In this document: positions 8,620-18,871 of the stretch, in pieces | Numbering within the stretch: the first letter of the stretch is position 1 | Layout of the letters: the number at the start of each line of letters is the position of its first letter | NCBI GenBank assembly: GCA_052034235.1 | Contig: JBPOIT010000014.1 | Span: forward strand, 1,924 to 65,923 | Length of the DNA: 64,000 nt | Direction: 5' to 3' | From: Candidatus Levyibacteriota bacterium | GTDB lineage: Bacteria > Patescibacteriota > Microgenomatia > Levybacterales > UBA12049 | Notes under the pieces: generated by a model | Told to the model about the DNA's origin: nothing | What the model saw: only the letters and a program-made list of their open reading frames with translations | The model's database searches: none | Made by a program: the position numbers and the translations under genes

Positions 8620-9783
8620 ATGGCAACCCTAGTTAATCAGCCTCTGCCGGATATCAACCAGCCTGTAGAGCCAGCTCTTTTAGCAGAATCTCCTCCACCT
8701 GAAAAAAAGAAAACGTTTTTAAAAGTACTAAGCTTAGTTGTTTTATTTTTTCTTATCGGCGGGGTTGTGGGTTATATTTATTTAAAAAGTACGCATCAAA
8801 CGCCAAAAGCAGCATTGAAAGAAATTGTCGAGGTGGTTAAACCTCAATTCGCAGCTGAAGAGCCAACCCAAACTCCCATGCCATTTGCTGATATGACAAT
8901 TCCGTATTTACGTACGCAAACGTATACAAGTCAGCTCAATGACCTGGAAACTGCCTATGACGGCAGTAATTATATAGCCTATACGACCAGCTATAAGTCT
9001 GACGGCTATAAAGTAAACGGACTCCTAACCCGTCCGACAGGCGAAGCTCCAGATGGCGGATGGCCGGCAATCGTTTTTGTACACGGATACATTCCCCCCA
9101 CTTCGTATGAAACGCAGAGCCAGGCGTATTCATCCTATGTTGATTATCTAGCAAGTAACGGTTTTGTTGTCTTTAAAATAGACCTTCGCGGACATGGAAA
9201 TTCCGAAGGTGAACCGAGTGGTGCCTATTATTCTTCTGACTATATTGTTGATGTATTAAACGCCTATTCAGCGCTTGAAAACGCTTCTTTTGTAAATCCA
9301 AAAGCGATTGGCCTTTGGGGACATAGTATGGCAGGGAATGTCACGATGAGAAGTTGGGCTGTCAAAAAACAAATCCCAGCAGTTGTTATCTGGGCTGGAG
9401 CTGTGTATACCTATGAAGATATGCTGCAGTATGGAATCACTGATTCAAGTTACCAGCCTGTACCAAATAGCACGCAGCGCCAAAGAAGAAGACAAGCAAT
9501 GTATGAAAGTTACGGCAGTCCAAGTGCCAAAGTAAAATTCTGGCAAGAAGTGGCCCCAGTATCGTATCTCAATGAATTGAAAGGCGCAATAGAAATTCAC
9601 CATGCAGTGGATGATGATGTCGTAAGTATCGCGTATAGTAGAGACCTTAGTTCGTTACTCGAAAAAACATCATTGCCTCACGAATTTTTCGAATATTCCT
9701 CAGGCGGTCACAACATTTCTGGAGAGAGTTTCAATGAAGCAATGCAAAGAACAGTGTCTTTCTATACCACACATTTAAAATAA
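8620..9783 (+). CDS. Alpha/beta hydrolase, membrane-anchored (prolyl oligopeptidase / dienelactone hydrolase-like)
   Basis: N-terminal TM helix; GHSMAG nucleophile elbow (GxSxG); later HHAVDDDV supplies the His/Asp of the triad. Confidence 0.65.
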   Translation: MATLVNQPLPDINQPVEPALLAESPPPEKKKTFLKVLSLVVLFFLIGGVVGYIYLKSTHQTPKAALKEIVEVVKPQFAAEEPTQTPMPFADMTIPYLRTQTYTSQLNDLETAYDGSNYIAYTTSYKSDGYKVNGLLTRPTGEAPDGGWPAIVFVHGYIPPTSYETQSQAYSSYVDYLASNGFVVFKIDLRGHGNSEGEPSGAYYSSDYIVDVLNAYSALENASFVNPKAIGLWGHSMAGNVTMRSWAVKKQIPAVVIWAGAVYTYEDMLQYGITDSSYQPVPNSTQRQRRRQAMYESYGSPSAKVKFWQEVAPVSYLNELKGAIEIHHAVDDDVVSIAYSRDLSSLLEKTSLPHEFFEYSSGGHNISGESFNEAMQRTVSFYTTHLK

Positions 9784-9784
9784 C

Positions 9785-10435
9785 TTATAACTTGCCATCC
9801 CATTCAGCATAGAATTCTTTGAGAAAATTTTTCATAAATTTTTCTCTTTTTACGGCAATTGCTTTTGCTGTTTTGGTGTTTAATTGGCTTTTTATTTTGA
9901 AAAGTTTTTCGTAAAAATGATTTATCGTATGACCCTTTGTCGTTCTATATTCTTCAAGCGTTTTAAACGTTTGTGGCTTTATCTCCGGATTATAAATTTC
10001 TCTATTGGCTTTCCCACCAAATGCAAATGCTCGAGCAATTCCTATTGCACCGAGTGCTTCAAGACGATCGGCGTCTTGTACAATTTTTCCTTCAAGAGAT
10101 AATTTCTTTTTGCCCGCAACATTTTTACTAAACGACATGTTAAGAATAATGTCTTTAATCGCATCTGCATCTTGACCGGTTATGTCTAATTCTTCCAGCG
10201 CCTTATCAAGTACTTGCTTTTCCGATTTATCAGACATGTTAATTTTCCAGTCACCAATGTCATGCAGAAGTGCAGCTGCCTGAATAAGATAACGTTCACC
10301 ACTTTTTTCTTTATCTGCAATATTAGTTGCTGTTTTGAGAACCCGTTCTACATGAAACCAATCATGCCCCGTCGCCTCCCCAGCCATTTTTTCTTTCACA
10401 TAGATTTCAATCTTTCTTATCCGTTTGTCTGTCAT
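9785..10435 (-). CDS. HD-domain phosphohydrolase (YedJ-like)
   Basis: H...HD motif: WFHVERV ... LLHDIGD. Confidence 0.75.
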   Translation of the reverse strand: MTDKRIRKIEIYVKEKMAGEATGHDWFHVERVLKTATNIADKEKSGERYLIQAAALLHDIGDWKINMSDKSEKQVLDKALEELDITGQDADAIKDIILNMSFSKNVAGKKKLSLEGKIVQDADRLEALGAIGIARAFAFGGKANREIYNPEIKPQTFKTLEEYRTTKGHTINHFYEKLFKIKSQLNTKTAKAIAVKREKFMKNFLKEFYAEWDGKL

Positions 10436-10539
10436 AAAAATAATTATAGCTACTGATTATCCCTATTGGATATTTCTTTAGCAAATCTAAATTGCTTTTG
10501 CTTTTAACTTTTCATCGGTTTTATATTATACATAGCCGA

Positions 10540-10950
10540 CTAGAGGATTTTTGTTCCAAAAAATTGAGGAATCACAAAAAGTATAGCGATGAGCAAAATT
10601 ATACCAATGACTGAAACTATTACTCGTATACGTTTTTGACGTATTTCATTTTGCTGCCACGTAAAAAAAAGAAACACGAGCGAAAATAATAAAAAAGAAA
10701 AATATGTTGCAATGATTGCTATTCCTAATACAAAATTTTCCCAGTTAACAACAATATCCCCGGGTGAACGTTGGAGATACGAAACAAAGGTCATTGGAGC
10801 ACCATAGATACAGAATTTGTTGTACTCTAATTCTTCCAATGAACATGGCATACCTGTATTTTGTGATTTTGCTGCATAGATAAACGGAATAAACCAAACA
10901 CCGAGAAAAAAGGCGAGAACAAATGAAAAAACGATTATTTTGTTAAGCAT
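10540..10950 (-). CDS. Small membrane protein
   Basis: 136 aa with 3-4 hydrophobic helices. Confidence 0.35.
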   Translation of the reverse strand: MLNKIIVFSFVLAFFLGVWFIPFIYAAKSQNTGMPCSLEELEYNKFCIYGAPMTFVSYLQRSPGDIVVNWENFVLGIAIIATYFSFLLFSLVFLFFTWQQNEIRQKRIRVIVSVIGIILLIAILFVIPQFFGTKIL

Positions 10951-11014
10951 CTGTTTACACTATTTCAAAATAGCCACACTGTGTCAACTTGCTTATTGTT
11001 GGTATAATAGAAGC

Positions 11015-11413
11015 ATGTCAAAAAACTTTGTGGACTCAATGATTCATAACATGAAACTTGCAGGCATAGTAGCCAAAGCGGCACCGTGGATGGTTGAGGG
11101 AATTCGCGAACAGGAAATGAATGTTCGATATGTGGGACTTCACTTGAAGGATGACTGGCTTGATATTTTCCCTTCTGGCAATAATCTCATGATGAAATTT
11201 ATTGTTGATAGAAACACCTCAAAAATTGAGTTTTATCTTGCAAATAAACCTCCTTTTTTCAGAATAACCACCAAACATTTCACTGAGCATGATAAATGGG
11301 AGACACTCCTCGGTAGTTTGAAACAGAAATTAAAAAAAGATAAACTGGATGTTCAAACCCATAATGAAGGAGTCGACAATCTCTTCGTCAGTATAAAACC
11401 CCATTTAAAATAA
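11015..11413 (+). CDS. Hypothetical protein
   Basis: Start moved to MSKNF, because TGGTATAAT lies 6 nt upstream of that ATG. No motif recognised. Confidence 0.35.
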   Translation: MSKNFVDSMIHNMKLAGIVAKAAPWMVEGIREQEMNVRYVGLHLKDDWLDIFPSGNNLMMKFIVDRNTSKIEFYLANKPPFFRITTKHFTEHDKWETLLGSLKQKLKKDKLDVQTHNEGVDNLFVSIKPHLK

Positions 11414-11414
11414 C

Positions 11415-12287
11415 TTAAACTGGACTTGTTACGGCCGGTGGCTGCTGAACGGGAGGTGAAGGTTGCAACGTTTGTGTATTTTGAGGAACTTGCGCTGGTG
11501 TTTGCGTGGTCGTTTGAGTGAGATTATAGATAATTTCAAATATACCTATACTCATAAAATATCCTGAGAAGGTAAATAACAGATCTGAAAGATCTCCATT
11601 CCAATAAATATCTTGTGCTGTTCGATATGAGTAGAGTAAATCACCAGCGATTTGGATAAGCAGCCCTATGAAAAAAATATAAAGGCTCGGATGAATCTTT
11701 CCACCACCTATACGAAGTGCAATCAAAACTAAAGCCAAAATCAGCATATCGCCAGCTGGATAATAAATGTTAAAGAAATTTTCCATAAACGGCAGACTCC
11801 CATCAATAACCGGACGCGAAAAAAGACCAAAAATAACTAAAAACGAAAGTATGAGGATAATAATTGAATCTCTCATGAGATTTTTTGTAATGAGTGATTT
11901 GTAAATTTTAAGAAGATAATAACCCCCAATAGGCATAAATAAATAGATATAGGTGAATCCAGCATAATCAGCCCACGAGGGATATGGCACTGCTACTCCT
12001 AGCACTTCGTTATAGTATACCCAGATGCCAAGGCCTAAAACCCAACTCAATAATCCCAATCCAAAAAAGAGAAGCATTTTACCTATATTGGTTTTGTAAC
12101 CGAAAACCTTACCATAAACAATAGAAAGGACAGCACCGAAAAGAAAGATGAGACCGTAACCAACGTTGTAATAATAATTAAACTGTGTATCGTGCGTTGG
12201 CAAGGTATAGAGATATCCGTTCCAGACAAGCATGAGGAGTAAAAGCAAGGTAAAACTATAATTTATGAGTTTTCTTGGGAATTTCAT
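11415..12287 (-). CDS. Polytopic membrane protein with a Pro/Gln/Thr-rich C-terminal tail
   Basis: About 8 TM helices; low-complexity tail TQTPAQVPQNTQTLQPSPPVQQPP. Confidence 0.4.
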   Translation of the reverse strand: MKFPRKLINYSFTLLLLLMLVWNGYLYTLPTHDTQFNYYYNVGYGLIFLFGAVLSIVYGKVFGYKTNIGKMLLFFGLGLLSWVLGLGIWVYYNEVLGVAVPYPSWADYAGFTYIYLFMPIGGYYLLKIYKSLITKNLMRDSIIILILSFLVIFGLFSRPVIDGSLPFMENFFNIYYPAGDMLILALVLIALRIGGGKIHPSLYIFFIGLLIQIAGDLLYSYRTAQDIYWNGDLSDLLFTFSGYFMSIGIFEIIYNLTQTTTQTPAQVPQNTQTLQPSPPVQQPPAVTSPV

Positions 12288-12361
12288 ATTCTCATCATAG
12301 GATAGTTTGTTCTAAGCATACTTGTCAATCTATCACTCTTTCAAGTACGATAGATATACCT

Positions 12362-14293
12362 ATGGATTTTATAAAAGCACTCTTTGGAGAGAAAAAGCAA
12401 AGTAAAATTGCCTCTTCAGATTTTGATAATATTATTATGTATATAAAAAATATCGTCGTACGCGATGATCTTATCCAAACTATTCTCCAGAATTATCAAC
12501 AAGCACAACAACAACCAGCAGATAAAAAATTGACGGCTTATATCCAGATCTATATGGCACTGGAACAATTTATTACGACAAATAAACCACTTGTTGTACA
12601 GCGCATACTTTCAAAAGATGAATTGCGTGAAGAAATACAAACGAAATTTAACATCGCAAATTTGCCTTTGGAATTTCGCGTTCTTTTTTTGCCAGAGAAA
12701 GAACAGTATGTCTATCTTTTTGAAAAATATACCCAAAGTCTTGCAGGATTTATCATTAACCAAACAGGACCAAATAAAGTACAAGAAATTATAGCTATGA
12801 TACCAAATAAGCCAAATGTTATCCCACCCCTTTCGTCAGCAACTGGCATAGAGTTTTCGCCACTTGACCAAGGACTGGAAAAAGCTCAAATCTCAGACCT
12901 AAAAGCTTATTTCAAGGTACTAGCAGCATCTTTATTTAAGGAAATACAAAATTCATTTGGTGCAAAGTCAGCAATTGATATTACTGAGAAAGAGTATGCA
13001 ATTATTAAGGAAATGTATGATTATGATCTCATTTCAAAATACCTCACTATTGCACCTCAAGGCATCTTGGATAGAGAACGGATTGCTTTTATGGCACGAG
13101 ACGAGCTAGAAAAACAAGCTATTGGAGGAGTTGAAGAAAAAGTCAGACGGGAACTCGCTGAGAAAGCTGCCAAAGATTTGCTCAACGCTGTTGAGGAAAG
13201 AACTCGTGAATTAAACGCAGAAAAAGAAGAGTTGAAAAAAAATGATGCGAAATTACTTGCATCAATTAGAAGTCTACCACTTGGCGTCGTTTTAACAAAC
13301 GACACTGATGAAATTATTGCTCTGAATGAGGTGGCAAAAGAAATTCTTGGCATACAAAGTAGTGTCAAAAATATAGTCGAGCTAAGTACAATTGTAAATA
13401 ACAAGATAAACTTTAAAGGAGGGATTGACCAAAGTAAAAATGAAAAAATATTAAAGGAATTTAAAGATTTTGAATTTTCAAATAAGATACTAACTATTAC
13501 TTTCACTCCTATTTTTCTGACAAGCACCAATGAAACATACATTGGAACAGTCATATTACTCAATGACATCACTGAAGCAAAAATGCTGGAACGCTCTAAA
13601 GATGAGTTTTTCGCAATTGCATCACATGAACTCAGAACTCCATTAACGGCCATACGTGGGTATTTATCGTTAATTGATACGAATTTCCGTAAAGATATTC
13701 AGAGTGAAGAAGTTCTCAGAATGCTCGCAAATATCGACGCCTCTTCAAAAAACCTCATTGATATTGTCAATGAATTTTTAGATATGTCTCGGTTGGAACA
13801 AGGTAGAATCGAATTCAATCCACAAACTTTTGCACTCACAGAACTCGTTTCAGAAGTGATAAATGACGTAGGAGCGCTCGCCGAGAAAAAACAAAACTAT
13901 TTGCGTTATGAAAATCCAGAAACAAAAGTTCCAGACGTTCATGCAGATCGCGAGAAGACAAAACAAATCATATCAAATCTTGTAGGTAATGCAATTAAAT
14001 TTACTGATCAGGGTGGCGTTTCGATAAGCCTTGAACAAAAAGATAATCACGTATGCGTTAAAGTAAAAGACAGCGGTAAAGGCATCTCCTCTGAAACTCA
14101 AAAACTCTTATTCAAAAAATTCCAAAAAGGCGCAACCGATCCTCTTGCGAAGGATCCGCAGAGAGGATCTGGGCTTGGCCTTTATATAAGTAAAAAACTT
14201 GCTCAAAATATGGGGGGCGATGTCTCTTTAGAAAATTCTGAGGAAAATAAGGGTTCAACTTTTGTTGTCACTATTCCTATGGCAACATCATAA
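12362..14293 (+). CDS. Soluble sensor histidine kinase (coiled-coil, PAS-like, HisKA, HATPase)
   Basis: H-box FFAIASHELRTPLTAIRGY; N/G boxes NLVGNAIKFT, GSGLGLYI. No TM segment. Start set at MDFIKALF. Confidence 0.8.
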   Translation: MDFIKALFGEKKQSKIASSDFDNIIMYIKNIVVRDDLIQTILQNYQQAQQQPADKKLTAYIQIYMALEQFITTNKPLVVQRILSKDELREEIQTKFNIANLPLEFRVLFLPEKEQYVYLFEKYTQSLAGFIINQTGPNKVQEIIAMIPNKPNVIPPLSSATGIEFSPLDQGLEKAQISDLKAYFKVLAASLFKEIQNSFGAKSAIDITEKEYAIIKEMYDYDLISKYLTIAPQGILDRERIAFMARDELEKQAIGGVEEKVRRELAEKAAKDLLNAVEERTRELNAEKEELKKNDAKLLASIRSLPLGVVLTNDTDEIIALNEVAKEILGIQSSVKNIVELSTIVNNKINFKGGIDQSKNEKILKEFKDFEFSNKILTITFTPIFLTSTNETYIGTVILLNDITEAKMLERSKDEFFAIASHELRTPLTAIRGYLSLIDTNFRKDIQSEEVLRMLANIDASSKNLIDIVNEFLDMSRLEQGRIEFNPQTFALTELVSEVINDVGALAEKKQNYLRYENPETKVPDVHADREKTKQIISNLVGNAIKFTDQGGVSISLEQKDNHVCVKVKDSGKGISSETQKLLFKKFQKGATDPLAKDPQRGSGLGLYISKKLAQNMGGDVSLENSEENKGSTFVVTIPMATS

Positions 14294-14294
14294 A

Positions 14295-15131
14295 CTAGAA
14301 TGTATCACATGATGAGACTCGTCCGGTCGCATACCCCTTATTAAACCAAGAAACCCGCTGATCTGATGAACCATGAGTCCAGGATTCTGGATTAACATAG
14401 CCGCCCACTTTTTCCTGAATCCTATCATCTCCCACTGCAGCTGCGGCATCCATAGCTTCACGAATTTCTCCCTGACTAAACACACCTTTATCTTTTATTG
14501 AATTTGCCCATAAACCCGCAAAACAATCTGCCTGGAGCTCAAGTTTGACAGATAGATCATTTGCCTTATCAGGGTTTTGTTCTTGTTTTGACTGTACTTC
14601 ATTCATAATACCTAATTGGTTCTGTGCATGATGTCCAACTTCATGCGCTATTACATAAGCTTCTGCTACGTCTCCTCCTTGCGCACCTAAGCGAGTAGTT
14701 AATTCGTTAAAAAATGTCTCATCGAGATAAATTGTTTGATCAACAGGGCAATAATGGGGTCCAACTTGAGACGTGGCAGTACCACAAAGTGATTCAGTTG
14801 CGCTGCGGAATAAGACGAGTTTTGGTTCTGTATAATTATCTCCTGATTTTTCAAATATTTTTTGCCACATATCATTATTTGAGCCAAGGACTGTTGAGGC
14901 AAAAACTTCATAATCATCTTCACCGGCGAATTCTTCTGTATTGAGATATTGTTGTTCAACAGGAACAGAGGGCAATTGTGTTAAAACATCACCCAAGTCA
15001 CCACCTGAAAGGTACGTTACCAAAGCATAGAGCGCAAGACCAGTCAAACTAATCCCACCAATTGCAGTAGGAGCCATACCTCTTCTATCTTCAACATTGC
15101 CGCGGCTACCAATTCTTCCCCAATTTGCCAT
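14295..15131 (-). CDS. ypfJ: YpfJ-family putative neutral zinc metallopeptidase
   Basis: N-terminal TM helix; ...GPHYCPVDQTIYLD...YVIAHEVGHHAQNQLG matches the YpfJ (Zn_peptidase_2) signature. Confidence 0.8.
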   Translation of the reverse strand: MANWGRIGSRGNVEDRRGMAPTAIGGISLTGLALYALVTYLSGGDLGDVLTQLPSVPVEQQYLNTEEFAGEDDYEVFASTVLGSNNDMWQKIFEKSGDNYTEPKLVLFRSATESLCGTATSQVGPHYCPVDQTIYLDETFFNELTTRLGAQGGDVAEAYVIAHEVGHHAQNQLGIMNEVQSKQEQNPDKANDLSVKLELQADCFAGLWANSIKDKGVFSQGEIREAMDAAAAVGDDRIQEKVGGYVNPESWTHGSSDQRVSWFNKGYATGRVSSCDTF

Positions 15132-15143
15132 AGTTACCTTTCT

Positions 15144-16541
15144 TTATTTATTCTGAAGTTTCTCTTTGAGAAATGCGAACTCTTCGTTCTTAAGAGATCC
15201 AAAATAAAATTTCTCAACAGGTTCATACCCTGACGGACGCGTTGCGTACCAGCTTTGCATATAATCCCCGTCAAAAAATTCATATCGAGTTCCATCTACT
15301 TCAATCTGTTTACTTTTTTTTGATTCAAAATATGGGGTTATTGCATCGACAAGTGCTTGCAGTGCTTCCTTCTGGTTTTCTTCTCTTGGTTTGTGAAACT
15401 GGACTCGCTCACCATCAGGATGTTTTTCGCGAACAGTTGAAAGTTTGCCGTGTGTACTTATCCAATATAAAATAATGGCTAGAGAAAACACCCCAGAATC
15501 AGTTTGGAAAAAATCTTTTATATAAAAATGTCCAACATTCTCAACTGCGATATCGGCTTTCCCTTCTTTAACCATTCTTCTAAGAATTGACCTCCCAACA
15601 GGCAAAGGGGCAATAGTAATATCACTTCCTTTTTTTTGCAAATCAACAACAGTGTTATACATTGCGGGGCCACATTCCACAGCATAACCAAATTTTTTCA
15701 TATCTGATTGTAATGAGGTAAAGACTTCAACCATGGCACTTCCGATAGATGAACCTTCTATATATTCTCCTGTTTCATCAATTGCTAACACCCTGTCAGC
15801 ATCACTATCAAACGCAAATCCACAATCATATTTTTCCTGTTTTATTTGCTCTATTACCTGCTTCATATTTTCGATATTAGATGGATCTGCAGTATGTGGG
15901 GTTTCTTCATTGTAAAGTAACCTATCATTCAGTCTTGCAAACGTTACCTGCGGCAAAATATCCTCAAGCAAATCCAGTGCTTTTGAACCCGAGCCGTCGC
16001 CAATATCTACAACGACTTTCATTTCTTTAATTTTATCCAAAGGAATTAGTTTGCTGATTTTTTCTTTATATACTGCTTCTATTTCCTGCTGAAAATTATG
16101 ATGATCCAAAATATTTACTTGTGGTTGTACATATGGTGCCTGGAGAACTTCTTTATACTGCGTGATAATTTTTGTCACCAAGTCTCCTTCTACTGATGCC
16201 CCTCCGCTTGTATGCATAAGCAGTCCAGTCCAGTCCCACGTATTATGAGAACCAGTAAACATAACTGAAAAATCAAATTCAGGAAAAGTTTGAGCCGAAG
16301 CTGTAACGTAGTCAATTGGACAAGATTCTAGATAAGAAATCTCAACATCAGTATCTTTAAACGCATGAATGAAATTTAACGCAAGACTCATACTCGCAAC
16401 GCGTGTATCCCAACCGATAAGGACTTTTTTTAAAGGTATGGTCTTTTGAATAGCAAGTCCAAGATAATACGCATCTTGATCAAAAATATCCTTGTTATAG
16501 ACACCGCGGAAATCAAACTTCTTAACAAAAGGAGGCTGCAT
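15144..16541 (-). CDS. Phosphohexomutase-family protein (PGM/PMM-like)
   Basis: Loop FTGSHNTWDWTG resembles the TASHNP phosphoserine loop. FAFDSDADR is the metal-binding DxDxDR loop. Confidence 0.55.
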   Translation of the reverse strand: MQPPFVKKFDFRGVYNKDIFDQDAYYLGLAIQKTIPLKKVLIGWDTRVASMSLALNFIHAFKDTDVEISYLESCPIDYVTASAQTFPEFDFSVMFTGSHNTWDWTGLLMHTSGGASVEGDLVTKIITQYKEVLQAPYVQPQVNILDHHNFQQEIEAVYKEKISKLIPLDKIKEMKVVVDIGDGSGSKALDLLEDILPQVTFARLNDRLLYNEETPHTADPSNIENMKQVIEQIKQEKYDCGFAFDSDADRVLAIDETGEYIEGSSIGSAMVEVFTSLQSDMKKFGYAVECGPAMYNTVVDLQKKGSDITIAPLPVGRSILRRMVKEGKADIAVENVGHFYIKDFFQTDSGVFSLAIILYWISTHGKLSTVREKHPDGERVQFHKPREENQKEALQALVDAITPYFESKKSKQIEVDGTRYEFFDGDYMQSWYATRPSGYEPVEKFYFGSLKNEEFAFLKEKLQNK

Positions 16542-16586
16542 ACTTATGCAAATATTGTAACATATCTGTAGTATAATTTAAGAGAC

Positions 16587-17186
16587 ATGATATATACCTA
16601 TCCGCTAAAACTCAATTTTAAGCTACTCGCTCTTGCTCCTCGACTTCGTGTTCTAGATGCCAATGGTTCGGAGATTTTTTATATAGAACAAAAACTCTTT
16701 GCACTTAAAGAAGCAGTTAAAGTATTTAATAATGAAACTGAAAAACGCCTCCTTTTTACGATAAAAGCTGATCGAATCCTTGATTTTGGTGCAAGATATT
16801 ATTTCCATACACCTGAGGGAAAACTGATCGGGTCTATTCAAAAAGAAGGAGTTCAGTCACTTTTTCAAGCCAGTTTTACTATTTTTGACGCAAACGAGCA
16901 GCAACTTTATAAAATAACACAGTCAAATCCCTGGATAGCATTTCTTGATTCGCTGATAAATAGCATACCTTTTGCAGAATTTGTAACCGGTTTTATTTTA
17001 AACCCCATCTATGTTGTAAAAGGAAGCGACGCACAGCAATCGCTAGCCCGAATGAAAAAACAACCGTCGCTCTTTGAATCTCAGTTTGCTATTACCCTTA
17101 CACAAACAGATATCAAAGCTGACCATGAACTCATTTTGCTTTTATCATTTCTCATGATCGTTCAGCTTGAACGAAATCGTGGTTAA
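16587..17186 (+). CDS. LURP-one-related / tubby-C-like (DUF567-like) protein
   Basis: About 200 aa with a pattern reminiscent of the LOR family (YPLKLNFKLLALAPRLRVLDANG...). Weak call. Confidence 0.3.
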   Translation: MIYTYPLKLNFKLLALAPRLRVLDANGSEIFYIEQKLFALKEAVKVFNNETEKRLLFTIKADRILDFGARYYFHTPEGKLIGSIQKEGVQSLFQASFTIFDANEQQLYKITQSNPWIAFLDSLINSIPFAEFVTGFILNPIYVVKGSDAQQSLARMKKQPSLFESQFAITLTQTDIKADHELILLLSFLMIVQLERNRG

Positions 17187-17229
17187 TAAACAGCCCCGCT
17201 GCAGTCGGGAACTGTATTCTAAACTGCGC

Positions 17230-17664
17230 TTATTTATGTCCGCGCTGACCACCTGGTCCTCCCTCTTCAACGCTTGTTACGTTGAAACTGCTATCAAAAA
17301 AGACGGTCACTCGTGAGCCATCTGCTTTGGTCATATGCGCTTCATAAGCTGCACCCTCAGCATCTGTTTCAACTCGTTCGATAGTACCTCCCGGCACTTT
17401 TGCAAGAGCAGCCGCTTTTACTTTCTCAGCATCATCTCCAATGAGAAGCTCTTCCTTTTTGCCATTCGCACCTATGTGACCCCCTTTTGCGGGATCAAAT
17501 TGGCCGTCCTGTGGCGTTTTGGTTTGCTCCTGTGCTGAACTTGTTGCGTTGACTGTTGTAGGGGTTGCAGCATCTGCGTTAATCGCATTAAGCGCTGAAC
17601 CTCCAACTGCACCTGTTACAAGAGCTGCAACGAGTGCGCTTGTCATAACTGTTTTGTTTTTCAT
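17230..17664 (-). CDS. Secreted PepSY-domain protein
   Basis: Signal peptide; ...AEKVKAAALAKVPGGTIERVETDAEGAAYEAHMTKADGSRVTVFFD is PepSY-like. Confidence 0.55.
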   Translation of the reverse strand: MKNKTVMTSALVAALVTGAVGGSALNAINADAATPTTVNATSSAQEQTKTPQDGQFDPAKGGHIGANGKKEELLIGDDAEKVKAAALAKVPGGTIERVETDAEGAAYEAHMTKADGSRVTVFFDSSFNVTSVEEGGPGGQRGHK

Positions 17665-17739
17665 CTTATCACCTCCTTTCTAACTGATACTATATACGGG
17701 CACACTTAAAAACCGCTGAAGATGCTGTATACTAGTTGC

Positions 17740-18798
17740 ATGAAACTATCAGAGATCGCGCTTTTGCGACTGCAAAATCAACGTCTAGCCACAGCTGATT
17801 TTATGAGTGTTGCAGATGCTGTTTCTTGGTTTGGAGCTGTTCAAGCTCAGGATTATCTGGGATCATTATGGGCAATTGGTCAGCGTATGAATCAAGCATC
17901 AGAAGATATCGTTAAGCAGGCAATTGCAGAACGTTTGATTGTCAGGTCCTGGCCGATGCGCGGAACATTGCATTTCACACACGCCAAAGACCTCAGGTGG
18001 ATGCTGCAGTTGCTCGCACCCAGAGTGATTAAACGTACTGCTTTTCGATATAAAGAATTAGAACTTTCTCCTGAAACACTTTCTAAAAGCGAATCTATCA
18101 TCATCAAAGCACTTGTGGGAGGAAAAGAGTTACGACGGGATGAACTTTTTGTTGTGCTTGAACAAAATGGTGTTTCACCAAGCGGGCAGCGCGGCATTCA
18201 TATCCTCAGTTTTCTTGCTATGAAAGGCCTCATCTGTTTTGGTTCACGAAACGGCAAACAATTTACTTTTACACTCCTTGACGAATGGATTCCTCCGACA
18301 AAACCAAAAGAAACAGATGAAGCATTTGCTGAACTCGCGAAACGATATTTTTCAAGTCATGGACCTGCAACGATTCATGATTTTGCCTGGTGGTCGGGAC
18401 TGACACTTACTGAAGTAAGACGCTCGATAGAGATAATAAAGACACATCTTTCTCATGAAACAATTGATGAACATGTCTATTACTTCACTCCTGTAACGAG
18501 TCGTACAATAAACCACACTGCATATTTTTTGCCAGCGTATGATGAATTTACTGTTGCCTATAAAGATAGACGAGCAATTATCGATAGTGCGCATTTTATT
18601 CAGGCAGGAAATGGACTACGACCTACCATTGTTTTTGACGGAAAAATTATTGGGACATGGAAACGAGAACTTAAAAAACATGAAGTCATCGTAACAATGC
18701 ACTTTTTTTCTCCAATCTCTCTTTCAGAACGGAATGTAGTTTCTACTGCTGCTAACCGTTACGGAAAATTCTTGGGAAGAGAACTAAAACTTCTTTAG
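17740..18798 (+). CDS. YcaQ/AlkZ-family (HTH_42) winged-helix DNA glycosylase-like protein
   Basis: N-terminal WFGAVQAQDYLGSLWAIGQRM aligns with the catalytic region of YcaQ/AlkZ; C-terminal AYFLPAYDEF...KDRR is also conserved. Start set at MKLSEI (TGTATACT 6 nt upstream). Confidence 0.65.
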   Translation: MKLSEIALLRLQNQRLATADFMSVADAVSWFGAVQAQDYLGSLWAIGQRMNQASEDIVKQAIAERLIVRSWPMRGTLHFTHAKDLRWMLQLLAPRVIKRTAFRYKELELSPETLSKSESIIIKALVGGKELRRDELFVVLEQNGVSPSGQRGIHILSFLAMKGLICFGSRNGKQFTFTLLDEWIPPTKPKETDEAFAELAKRYFSSHGPATIHDFAWWSGLTLTEVRRSIEIIKTHLSHETIDEHVYYFTPVTSRTINHTAYFLPAYDEFTVAYKDRRAIIDSAHFIQAGNGLRPTIVFDGKIIGTWKRELKKHEVIVTMHFFSPISLSERNVVSTAANRYGKFLGRELKLL

Positions 18799-18871
18799 CT
18801 GTAAGTACAAATACTTTCTCACACAACCTGTCGTCTGGAAAATAATACTTTATTTATGCATAATAGATTAT

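Noticed and set aside
13057-13653. 198-aa antisense ORF inside the histidine kinase gene
   Set aside because: It lies entirely within a well-supported CDS on the opposite strand. Its Ser/Phe-rich low-complexity translation is typical of antisense AT-rich coding DNA.
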